From: Vicugna vicugna
Taxonomy: Eukaryota
Direction: 5' to 3'
Assembly (NCBI GenBank): GCA_013265495.1
Contig: MU058423.1
Span: forward strand, 1,875,061 to 1,939,060
DNA: 64,000 nucleotides
Below the pieces are notes generated by a model that saw nothing but the letters and a program-made list of their open reading frames with translations, ran no database searches and was not told the DNA's origin. Both the position numbers and the translations under genes were made by a program. Shown here piece after piece: positions 1 through 10,760 of the stretch (position 1 is the first letter of the stretch; every line of letters starts with the position of its first letter).

Positions 1-21
1 GCTGGATAAACACAGCTAGTC

Positions 22-22
<1 letters not shown>

Positions 23-57
<35 letters not shown>
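23..57. repeat. (TTA)n microsatellite, about 11 units
   Basis: Direct reading. Confidence 0.95.
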
Positions 58-65
58 GAAATATA

Positions 66-335
66 CTGATCATACTAAGTGACGTAAGTCAGAGAAAGAC
101 AAATTTCACATGATATCCCTTATATGTGGAATCTAAAAACAAAAAACGAGACAAATGAACTTACAAAACAGAAAGAGACCTACAGACACAGAAAACAAAC
201 TTACGGTTAACAAAGGAGAAAGGAGAGGGGATAAATTAGGAGTTCGGGATTAGCAGATGAACACTACTATACATAAAACAGATGAACAACAAGGTCCTAC
301 GGTGAGTACAGGGAACTATATTCAGTATCTTGTAA
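66..335 (+). mobile_element. LINE-1 3'UTR fragment (cetartiodactyl-type)
   Basis: Typical L1 3' motifs: tatatgtggaatctaaaaa...gggataaattaggagtt...cagggaactatattcagtatcttgtaa. Confidence 0.75.
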
Positions 336-522
336 GCATAGCTAGTCTCAGTAGAGTGTAAGTGAATGTTCAGCATTCTCACTGACAAAGGTCATTGGTC
401 TTGGAGTGTCTAATTCAGACTCAGATGTGATGGTCTTACAAGCTGCCAGGCTGACACCTGGGCCCACACGTCCCCACACCTGAGTCAGCCTCTGGCGAAG
501 CCCATGGTCGCTGCTCACCCAC

Positions 523-636
523 CTGTCCACGGTGAACTGCCAGTACTGCTGCACGGTCACGGGCACCCAGTGCAGGGAGCCGGTGTAGTAGGACGGGTCA
601 ATGGCCCCCAGTGTGAGCATGCTCCCCTGGCCATTC
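523..636 (-). CDS. CYM: Chymosin exon 6 (NGQGSMLTLGAIDPSYYTGSLHWVPVTVQQYWQFTVD); gene continues off the left edge
   Basis: 114 nt, tttcag| and |gtgggt; exons 7-9 with the second DTG motif are not in the window. Confidence 0.96.
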
Positions 637-1269
637 CTGAAACCAAGGAAAGGCATGTTGTGGGACTCTGACACCCCAGCTCGTGAGGACGTCCCCCAGC
701 CCCAACCAGAGGGCTGATGCGATTCAGACCCTGCCCCACTGTCCTCTGCATACCCTACCCCCACCCTCACCCCCAAAGTCTTCAGCTGAATTCTCCCAGG
801 CTCCCTGGTACTCGAGGCTTTTCTGTCTCATCGGCTGCAGCATCCTTTCTCTCTGCAGCCCACATCCTCAACCCAGCAGTCTGAGGCATGGCCATTACTG
901 GGTGAAGGGAGGTCAGGAAGTCACCTACCACGTGGGTCACAGGACTGCCAGGCCACCCTTGGGTGTTCCCAGCTGTTCCACTGCACCCCTACCTGCCCCC
1001 CCGCCACCTGAGGCTTTCTGCCCCAAGCCCTTTGGCCAAGAGTGGGATAGGGGTCTATAACAAGGTCCCACTTGCTCTGGATTAAAACTGCCACTCCAGC
1101 CCAAACTCCCTCTGTTCTTCCTGGGGCTCTGTCTCATGGCCAGGAGGCATCAGCGCTCTGTGGGTTACCTGCTTCCCACTCTGTGGCTCTTGTTCCTAGA
1201 CCCCATCAAGCTCTGTCCCATCTCCAGGCTCTGGCACATGCCGCCCCTCTGGCCTAAAATGCGCCGTCC

Positions 1270-1600
1270 CTCACCTGGATAGCTCCCACTCAGGGCTCAG
1301 CGAAGCTTCCCCTGGCCACTCTCCACACACAGATCTAGTCAGACTGGGCTTCCTCTTACCATCAAGCCTTCAGTACACCCAGATCTCCCCTGCAGCGAGT
1401 GTCCTCATCACAGTGGTCATCGTAATTGAGTATGTAATTGCGTGCTGTCAGTTTTCCCTGCTAAGAGGTTAACTCCCACTTTGTCTTGTTTGCTGATGTA
1501 TCCCCATCTCCTGGCACAGCCCCTGCCCATAAATGTCTATTGAATGAATGAATGAATGAACGAATGAATGAACGAACGAATGAATGAATGAACGAATCAA
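1270..1600 (+). mobile_element. L2 3' end with (GAAT)n tail at about 1542-1600
   Basis: tttgctgatgtatcccca...cctggcacag...ataaatgtctattgaatgaatgaat is the characteristic L2 3' terminus. Confidence 0.7.
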
Positions 1601-2209
1601 TGAATTCATACATGCACCTATTTACCCCTTGCCTGGGTTCCCCAGCTCCTTCTCCTGGGTGCGGCTCCTTTCCCAGCTTTCTGCCACCCGCCCCTTTGTC
1701 CAGCTGAGCTGTACCATCAGGTAAGTAGAGTAGGGAACACCAGACTGGGAGTCCGGAGCCCTGGGCTCCAGACATGGATCATCCACCAGTTCCCAGGGTG
1801 ACTGTCCCTCTCAGGCCTCAGTTTCCTGCATAGTGAAAGGAGAAGGTTGGGCTCCTATAGAGCCTGCTCTAACAGTCTGTGACTCTCAATGACTTCAATA
1901 AATGATTACTGAGTCCTGCGAGTTTGAATAAAAGACATTAAAAGCCCCTATGTAGAGATGGGGTCAGACTTCTTTTTTAAATGCCACAAATGAAAGTCAA
2001 ATTCTGGCCCAGTGGACTCTGTCTGCATCAATCAATGACTGTGCTGGGCATCTGTGGACAAGAGCTTGAATGTGCCTAGCAACAAGGAGCAGTTTGCTTG
2101 GACGCTGGTAACGACCCTTGAGTTGCAGTGTCCCCAAGGGGTAGACACTCCTCAGCTGACAGCCCTGCCAGGCCGTGGAAGTCTGGTCCAGGCTGGGGGC
2201 AGCTCCTAC

Positions 2210-2409
2210 CTGTCCATGTAAACTGAGAACAGGTCTTGGGCCACCAGGTGTCTGTCCATCATATTGTCAAACACGGGCACCGAGTACTCGGAGGCAAGCG
2301 AGGGGTAGGCCAGCCCCAGGATCCCGTCAAACTCGGAGTAGGTGAAGACCTCGCCAGGTTGCTCGGTGCTCAGGCCCACAGTCTGGTTGGGGTCCACAAT
2401 GTTGGAGAC
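2210..2409 (-). CDS. CYM: Chymosin exon 5 (VSNIVDPNQTVGLSTEQPGEVFTYSEFDGILGLAYPSL...DLFSVYMDR)
   Basis: 200 nt, ttgcag| and |gtagga; conserved DGILGLA motif. Confidence 0.97.
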
Positions 2410-4504
2410 CTGCAAGAGAGGCAGAGTGACCTCCACCAGGGGGCCCTGCGGCCAGAGGCAGAAAGTCCTGGGTCAGGCTCTGCCGGCCCGCCCTCCCCAC
2501 TACAGGCAGCAGAGTTACGTGAGCTTAAGAGAGAAAAGCCATCTTTCCCAGCTCGGTGCTGCGGTTTTGAGGGAACTGGTCCGATGAGGCAGGGGAGTGG
2601 GGAAGGAGAGGCACGGGTGGGACTACAGACAGCAGTGCTCGTGGTGCAGAAGTTGGGGTTGAACCCAAAGAGGGGGCTGAAACGAAGGACGCTCCAAGGC
2701 CCTCTGCCGGCCTGCAGCCTTCCCATCGGGACTCTTCCAGGGACTAGCTGTGGGCGCAGCGCAATGGATGGAAGGAGCACGCATGCACTTTACATCCAAA
2801 GACCCCGCTGTACATCCTTGCTCTGTCATGTGCTGTGTGATCTTGGACAAACACCATTCTGAGCCTCAGTCCCACTTGTTAAATGGAATAGTAATACCCA
2901 CATCTCAAGGCAGTGCATGTACTGAAGACTACTAACACTGAACTTTTATCAATCCCTTATAAATGTTTGGTCAGTGGACATTTATTGGCACTACGCCAAG
3001 AAGCACAAACTCCAAAGTACCCCATCAATCTGCCCACTTCTCTGGAAGCCTGATGCATCCACCAGGTTATTCTGAGCTACCACAGTGATTTACCAGCCTC
3101 CAGCTTCCACTCCGTCCCCTCATAACCCATCCTCCACACAGGCAGCAAATGGACGCCATCATTGTCACCCCTTGCTTCAAACTTCCAGAGGCTCCCGATG
3201 GCACTCAGGATGAGATCTCTGTCCCAGAGTCCCCTCATGCACCGATCCTGCTTCTCACACCTCCTGTCCCTGCTCGGGTCCCTTAGCTCACTCTGCTTCA
3301 CCCACACTGATCTTTCTCTTCCTTGTATGCCCCACTCATTCTCACTCTCATGTGAGACTGCTGGGTGGAGGGGTAAGGGCTGAACTCTGAGCCTCTCTCT
3401 CCCACCCCCTGCCCAAGGTAGGGGAGTGAAGGCAGTCAAATGCACCACAGTTCAGGCCCACAGCAAGGGCCACCTCCTCCAGACAGATGCAGATTTTCCC
3501 CCTGAACCCAAAATAGCAGGGAAAAAAGCCAACAGCTCTAGGCAGCAAAGACGCAGGACACCCGGGCAGGGGAATCAGCCTTCCAGAAGCCTGTCTGCTG
3601 GGCCACCTCAGCCAATGGCTCTGGTGCTGACTTTTGGGGAGGCCTGAGCTGTGTGGGCACCTGCCCAGGCAAGGGAAAAAGCTGAGGAGGGGGCCGTCAG
3701 CAGAAAAGGGCTGTGTCCTTTTGGGCTGGAAGCAAGAAAGACTTCAGCCAGACCCCAGGAAGAATTCAAAGGTTGAGGTGATAAGTACCAAGAGATGCTG
3801 CTTGATTTTTAATCTTAGTTGGGGGATGAGGACGGAAAGAAAGATGCTAACACATATTGAGCAACTACTTTGTGTGGGTCACTATGTTAAGTACTTCAGA
3901 AGCCAACAAGGGACAAGAGCAAAGGCAGCCCTTGTCCAGAGGACACAGATGCTCTGACTTCAAAGAAGATGCTGCTCTATGACTTATAAAAAGTAAGGTC
4001 AAGCTCAGAGAGTCAGAGATGGGGGTCTGACAGTCAGCTCCCACCATCACCAGCTGTGTAATCTGAGCCTCGGGTCCCTCTTGTGACCCTGGAGATAAGA
4101 GTACCTTCCTCAAAGCTCTGTAGAAAGAACTAAATTTAAAATGAGATCACGCATGTGATGCTGAAGAACTCAGTGCTGGCCCAGGCTCAGGATTCTGGAC
4201 TAACTATGGCCAAGACAAGTGAAAAAGGGTTGGGAAGGTGGAAACTGGACCCAGAGAAAGCTCTCAGGTGAGACTCTGGGGGCTGACATGGAAAGGACAT
4301 CGGGGAGGGAGGGAGGGGCAACTCACAGGTGCCGCTGGCTAAAATCCCTCTGAGCTCTTCTCCATGAGGCCACCCACAGAAGCAGGACCCAAACCGCCTC
4401 TGAGCACTGGCCGCGGCGCAGCCCAGCAGAGCCGGGGTGTCCGGGTGGGAGAGTGGCCGGTGGGGAAGGACAGGCTCGTGCCTGCTGGCCGAAGCCCTAC
4501 TCAC

Positions 4505-4623
4505 GGTGACGGTGTCGTAGCCCAGAAAGCCCTCCATGCTGCCCGTGCCATAATGGATGGACAGGGGCTTGCCCAGGTTCCGGAAGGTGGATGACTTTCT
4601 CGGGTCAAAGCGGTGGTGGTTTT
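4505..4623 (-). CDS. CYM: Chymosin exon 4 ([40 protein letters not shown]), flap region
   Basis: 119 nt, ccag| acceptor and |gtgagt donor; flap YGTG motif. Confidence 0.97.
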
Positions 4624-5379
4624 CTGGAACACAGACCCACGATTAGTGGGGCCAGTAGAATCTTCTCACCACTCGGCAGCACCAGTCGGGGCTGAATCCT
4701 CACCAGGCCTGGTAAGGATAGGCTCTAAATACTAACCATTCTCCCTACTGAAAATATACAGCCCCTTCTCTCTTAATCCCACAGAGTTTAGTCAAAAAAA
4801 ATTATTCTTTGCTCCTCAACCCACCTCTCTGACCCTCAGTGCTACCTTCGCAGCTTCCAAACAGAAGAAGGTAGAACGCCATGCCTGTGGCTTCCAGGGA
4901 CAGCTTCTACCAGCTTTGTGATCCCAGGCACGTCCCTTTGCTTTCTGAACCTTGGTTTCCTCAACTGGTAAGTGGGGATTAAAAGAGCACCAACCTCCCA
5001 GGATTGTTGGAGAAATTAATTATTTACATATATTAAATGTTTACTCATTACCCCTCACTTGATTCTCCCAGCATGCAGTGGCATGTCACAGCCCCATTTT
5101 ATAGAAGGGAAAACTGAGGACTCAGCAGGGTAAGCAGCCTGCCTTAGCTCCTCATAGAGCCCCCTAAAAAACCAAAAAACAAAAAATCAAAGTTCTCTCA
5201 TTTCTAGCTGGTGCTTATACATTAGCCCTGTGATCTGCGCACCCTCTCAGTCTGTGGCCGGCTGGGAGGGTGGAGAGAGGAGACGAGACTGCGCGCATGA
5301 GCTCTCCAGCCACACCACGTTTCCCCCGGGGCAGAGGGGCCCCGGGTCTAAGCACGGAGGGGTGAGGGGCAGGGGGTCA

Positions 5380-5523
<144 letters not shown>

Positions 5524-6407
5524 TCAGGATAGGGAGCATCGCTTAGGGGTGAGGGTCGATGCTCTGCGTGGAGCCTGTTCACTTTTGCCAGCCCCAGGCT
5601 TTCTGTTCACACACCTGGGAGGTCGATGGGGAAGAGACGGAAGGAAGATCCCTGGGGAGGGTACTTCATGCCCAGCCCCCAGGCTGGGCTGCCACGCCAG
5701 CCGTACATAGCCTGCCCTTCCCACACGCGCTACAACCACGGCTGGGATCAGCCCCCGAAGCAGACTTTAGACTGAAATGTAAACCCTGCCTGGTAGGGAG
5801 GCTGGACCACCCTGTCAGGGGCAGGGACAGAGAGGCAGGGCACCGCTGGGTACAGGCCCCAGACCCAAGCTGTCCCCACCACATCTCCTTGCCAGCCCTC
5901 CTCGTGTGTCAGAACTAGGGCTGGGGCCGGGTGGGGATGACCTAGATAAGGAAACCAGGGCACTGAAGAGAAAACCGGTGAGTTGTTTACTGCCAAGAGT
6001 GACTGGAGAGAGGGACGGTCTCCAGAAAGGAAGAGGGCACAGGGGGAGCTCCTGCCACGTCCTGGCAGCGGCAGAATGGCCACCAGCTGCCCCCTCCCTG
6101 CAGAGCCCAGCCTGAGACAGGGGTTCCCTGGGCCCGGAAAGGTGGGCATGATGTTGGACCTGGTAGCAGACCATGGGCCCCCAAGGGATGCTGTCTGTAG
6201 GAAGGTCGTCTGAGCTCAGACCCTTGAAGGCGGAAGAATTGCCTTTGTGGGGTCTGCTGACCCCTGGGAGCTACTGAGGGTGGGGCGACAGCCTCACACC
6301 CCATGGGGCTCCATGATTCCTGAAATAGGGAAAAAAGTGGTTGGGGCAGGGGGACATCCATCACACTGCATGGCAATCATTACTGGAAGGCTGGCAGAGC
6401 CACTCAC

Positions 6408-6558
6408 ATCCAGGTAGCTGGTCAGGGGTTCCCTGGCCACCTTCCCCAAGCTGGAGTACTTGCTGCTGACGGCATACTGTTGTCTCTGCAGAAAGTCCTC
6501 CAGGAGCCCATGCTCCTTCAGCGCTTTTCTCAGAGTCTTGCCTTTGTGCAGAGGGATC
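6408..6558 (-). CDS. CYM: Chymosin exon 2: propeptide and mature N-terminus (IPLHKGKTLRKALKEHGLLEDFLQRQQYAVSSKYSSLGKVAREPLTSYLD)
   Basis: ctcag| acceptor, |gtgagt donor, 151 nt, phase consistent with exon 1. Confidence 0.97.
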
Positions 6559-8887
6559 CTGAGGAGAGGGGAAGAATGAATGATGACGTGGGCCTCTCCC
6601 CAGGGCTGCCCAGCCTCCAAGAAGTGCCCAGAGGCTCTGGACTCCATAAGCCACTCCCTCATAATCCAGAGTAAACATATGGTTCTATATCAGCTCACAA
6701 ATCAACTGGCCTTTACCAAGTGCGATGCATTCTAACATTTCCTGCTCCTTGCTCTTTTTTAATGTTGGTGGAGACTCAGTTGATGTATTTCATAACCTCC
6801 TAATGAATTTTGCAACATCAAGGCCTGAAAGACCCTAAGGCCTGTGGACCTACTATGTGCTGGGCACTGTACGGGGCTCAGGAGACACAGTGGGGAAAAG
6901 GGTACAGTCTTACCCTTCCGGACCACATGGTCTGGAGAGGAAAACGATGTCCCCACACTCTGGAAAATGCTATAACAATGCTCCCACCCTTTGCCAACCC
7001 CTGTTCCCTGCTCTCTGGGCAGCCTAACGTGGGTAGAAATTCTTCAAAGCGTTTCAGCACAGAGTATGGTCCCCAGGGAGCTTCTGGTAGAGTTTAGATG
7101 TTGGATGATGAAGGCAGATCAGCGGCAAGAGAATCAAGAAGGAAAACAACAGATGCTGGTTCTAGACGGGTCTCTGGCACCTCAGTGGCTCCCCAAGCCC
7201 TCTGAGCCTCAACTTCTTCTCTGCCAAGTGGATCATCTCTCCCTTTCCAGCCCTGCCTTGGACCAACCAAGAGGCTTAACCTCTCTGGCTTTTGGTTTCC
7301 TCTCCTGTAGGTTGAAGGAAAGGAGCGATGATTCCCAGTGTCGCTCTAGCTCCAGGAACCGCACGGTCCTCCTCAGCAGGCCTGTTTTAAGGACAACTGG
7401 AGAGTACTAGTGTGAAAGTGCTTGAAGAGTAATAAAATGGCAGCAGGTTTAAGACCCATAAAGAAAATGGGTTTTCTCCTGTTGTTCATATCCCAGACGG
7501 CTCCCACAGGGAACAGCCTTGTAGGTGAATTACTGTTTCTCCTCTGGCGCCTCTCGCCCCGAGCCCTCATGGGTGACTTCGGCTGGGACCTGATTTATAA
7601 GTGAAAGGTTCTCGAGACATTTCTCAGCCTTTGTCTCTGATGATAGAAAAGGACTTCAGCCCAAAAGGAAGGAGGCTGGACTGAGCTCCTGGAAGCAAGC
7701 CCACTGCTGCCCTTTCCTGGGTCCCCATGTCCAGGTCCCCCCATGCTTTCCGCTTCCTCCAGCTGCAGTTCCTGATCGGCTCAGGATCCCTGGGCTGAGC
7801 GCCTGGTGACTCCCACAGCAGTGGCTGCGACTCTGCTGGGCTGTCCTGTCACAGCACAAGGCCCCAGAAAGCCCCTCTCAGGGGGAAGCAAGCACTGAAG
7901 GCAGTCCACCACCCCACACTGGGGACCATGCTGAGCTTCCACGCAGGCTCCAACTGTCACAGAAACCTCCACCCCACACCTGCCTCCGGGCCCTGTGCTG
8001 AGGCCGCCAGACGCCTGGCACTTGGAAGAACTTCATTTTCAGGACCACCACAAGCAGCCCCCACCGGTGGTACTTGACCCCTTTTCAGGGATCCCGCTTC
8101 TCAGCGGTGGATTCGGGTTTCCCTGGGCTTGGGGCTTGATGCAGCGCAAACCTGGGAACCAGAGGGGGCGTGATGTCGTGAAGAGTGCAGGCCCACCTGG
8201 GACCAAGTCTTAACCATGTGGCCTTGGGCAGCTCAGGGACCCTCCCGGAACACCAGTTTCCTCATCTGTAAAATGCAAATAATTATATATACCTAATCCC
8301 TGAGGATTTGTGACAGGCCAGGTAAAGAACCAGGTAAGTGTCTGGCACCTAGCAGCAGGCAGCTCAATAAATACCAGTTGTCACTTTTGGAGGAGAACCT
8401 GGGAACCTCACCCAGAAAGGCCTGGGCACAACAGAGAATCTTATTTTGTTTAACAGATGCACACACGGCTCTTACGATGTGCCCAGCACCGTTCAGAGCA
8501 TTTTACAAATACTAACTGGTACACCCCTCATGACAGCCCTATGAGATGGGTACTTCTGTCTTCTAAGTTCACAAGCTTACGTTACGTTAGTGGTGGGCCG
8601 GGGATCAAAGCACAGGCGGTTTGACTCCAGAAGCCACGCCCTTTATCTGCCAGGCAGCCCATCTGACCCCCTGTTCTTGTTCACTGCACCCTAAAGAGTA
8701 GGGGCGCACTTAAGAGGGAAAAGTCCCAAAATACAAAGGCAAGACTGACCGGGAGCGGTTATCCTGGAAAGCTGCTGCTTCTCCTCGAGGACGCCCCAGA
8801 GGAAACGGTGACTGGAAGACCTGGGAGAGACCCATCCCGAGCGGATGCGTGCAAAGCCTGTCCCCTCCCGTGGGGCCTGACACCTAC

Positions 8888-8949
8888 CTGGTGATCCCAC
8901 TGGCCTGGGAGAGAGCGAGGGCTGCAAGTAGCACCACGAGGCACCGCAT
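8888..8949 (-). CDS. CYM: Chymosin (preprochymosin) exon 1: signal peptide MRCLVVLLAALALSQASGIT(R)
   Basis: ATG at 8949-8947; 62 nt ending AG|gtaggt; translation matches the camelid preprochymosin N-terminus. Confidence 0.97.
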
Positions 8950-9005
8950 CCTGGACCTGGACCTGGACCTGGTCACCGCTCCCACCAGTGCCCACTCCCA
9001 CAGCC

Positions 9006-9011
9006 TTTATA
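9006..9011 (-). promoter_or_regulatory. CYM: CYM TATA box (TATAAA)
   Basis: tttata on + strand, about 57 nt upstream of the ATG, which fits a short 5'UTR. Confidence 0.85.
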
Positions 9012-10598
9012 GCGGGTGCTGGGCTCCCTCTGGCCGGAAGCCCAGTCTGCAGAGATAGCCCCTCATTTCAGGCCACTCCACAAACACATTACGATAGCAC
9101 CCCACAACCCCTGCTCTGATAAGGGCCACAATTTCACCAGCCCGGGGAACTTCAAAGCTGAAGGGTACACATGCCTGGTCTTCAGGCCAGGAAATGTCAC
9201 GCAAGCCTTCCTGACCTGATTTCCCCTTTCAAGCAGGAATTCTTGAGTTAACACAGGTGGGGCCACTGCCAGAAACCTATCTCATGTCCCACCTTGTGGT
9301 CTGCAAAGAGGCCTGTTCCCAGTGGGCCCCTCTCCTGCCCCAGCTGCCTCCCCTCCCCGGGCCTGACTTCACAGGAGCCCCAGCCCGCCCTGGGGCACTC
9401 AGTCTACTCCCCAAGTGACTTCTGAGCCAAAGAGTGCTTGCCTGTTCGCTCTGTCACCTCCATCTAAAAGAGACACAAGCCCCAGCCCCCTGCACCACCA
9501 GGGCTGTGCGGCCCTTGGCTCCATGTTAGAAGGAAGGGGATGTAGTAAGAGCCAGACCCCGTGAACAGCTGGAGGGACTGGGGAAGGTGAACGCGCCACA
9601 CACCGAGGGCCGGGAAGGGCTTCTCCGCGGCGCACGCGCAGGGGATTGTGATGAGTAGGGGGTCCCAGCGTTCAGGCCAGATCAGCCAGATATGCCCTCA
9701 GGCCTGCAGCCTGAGAGCGAATTAGGGCAAAAAGGAAAACAAAGGCTTAGCCACGAAAGTGGAGATCACAGCCCAGGTGTGCAGGGGAGGTTGGAACGGG
9801 AAAATGAGGCTTAATTCAGGGTAAGGCAGGGGCTTTGGGATCACAAATATGAGAGAGACCATGGAGCCAACTGCCCACATCCTGCAGGACAGACATCTGT
9901 GTAGTGAGGGGGCCTGCTAGTGGGGGAAGAGGAAGGCGTGGAACTGAAACAGAGAGGGCAGGCTGGGCAGCTGAAGAGGTGGGCATATAGTGAGCCCTGG
10001 ACATGGCCAGGGCCGGGGTAGGAGGACCCCTAAGAGGGACAGACCCAGAAGTTCCTGTATTTCACTAGTAAGAGCCTCAGGAGGCCAGTCAACAGGGGAC
10101 CTGAGTGTTTGATGGCGGACTTAGGAAGGCAGGCAGACCTGCCCCTGGCCGTGGCAATGCCCGCCCACCATGTCCTGTCCCAGAACATCAGGACACTGCT
10201 GCTTCTTACGCCCCAGGAAGGAGCCACTGGCAACTCTGGGTATCACCACGGCTCCTCCCTTTCCAAAAGCCAGGGAAGCAGAGAGAAAAACCACCACCAA
10301 ATGGTACAGCTTGTTTTCTGTTTTCTTCCCAGAGGATGCTGCCCTGCCAAGCCAGGGCCCGTGTGTTCCGTCCCAGCAGCCCCGCATCCGACTGGTGTTT
10401 CCTCCTACACATCAGCATCAGCCAAACCACGTAGTAGATGCTCGATCAATGCTTGGTTAAACAAATGAGTGAATGGATGATAGTAGCACAGGTGTTGGCA
10501 TATGTCTAAACTCGCCAAATTGTATGTATCTAATATGTACAGGTTTTGTATATCAGTTATATTTCCATAAAGCTGTTTAAAACTGAACAATGAAAACT

Positions 10599-10760
10599 GG
10601 AGGGAGGTTATAGCTCAGTAGTAGAGTGTGTGCTTGGCATATGTGAGGCCCTGGGTTCAGTCCCCAGTACTTCCATTTAAAAATAAGAAGAAGAAAATAA
10701 AATATATACTTAATTACCTTCCCCCCAGAAAAATTGAATTTAAAAAACAAAAAAAAAATT
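10599..10760 (+). mobile_element. tRNA-derived camelid SINE (Vic-1-like)
   Basis: A-box TAGCTCAGTAGTAGAG, B-box GGTTCAGTCCC, AT-rich spacer, ttacc-C-run, A tail. Confidence 0.8.

Noticed and set aside
513..522. Alternative donor in GTGGGTGAG after CYM exon 6
   Set aside because: The first GT keeps the conserved 114-nt exon and phase; the second would frameshift, and nothing in the sequence supports its use
2236..2862. 208-aa plus-strand ORF
   Set aside because: Antisense shadow of CYM exon 5 running on into GC-rich intron; no domain features
10599..10675. tRNA gene (also 41049, 43456, 45979)
   Set aside because: A and B boxes are present, but the stems are degenerate and followed by a shared SINE body and A tail, so these are tRNA-derived SINEs
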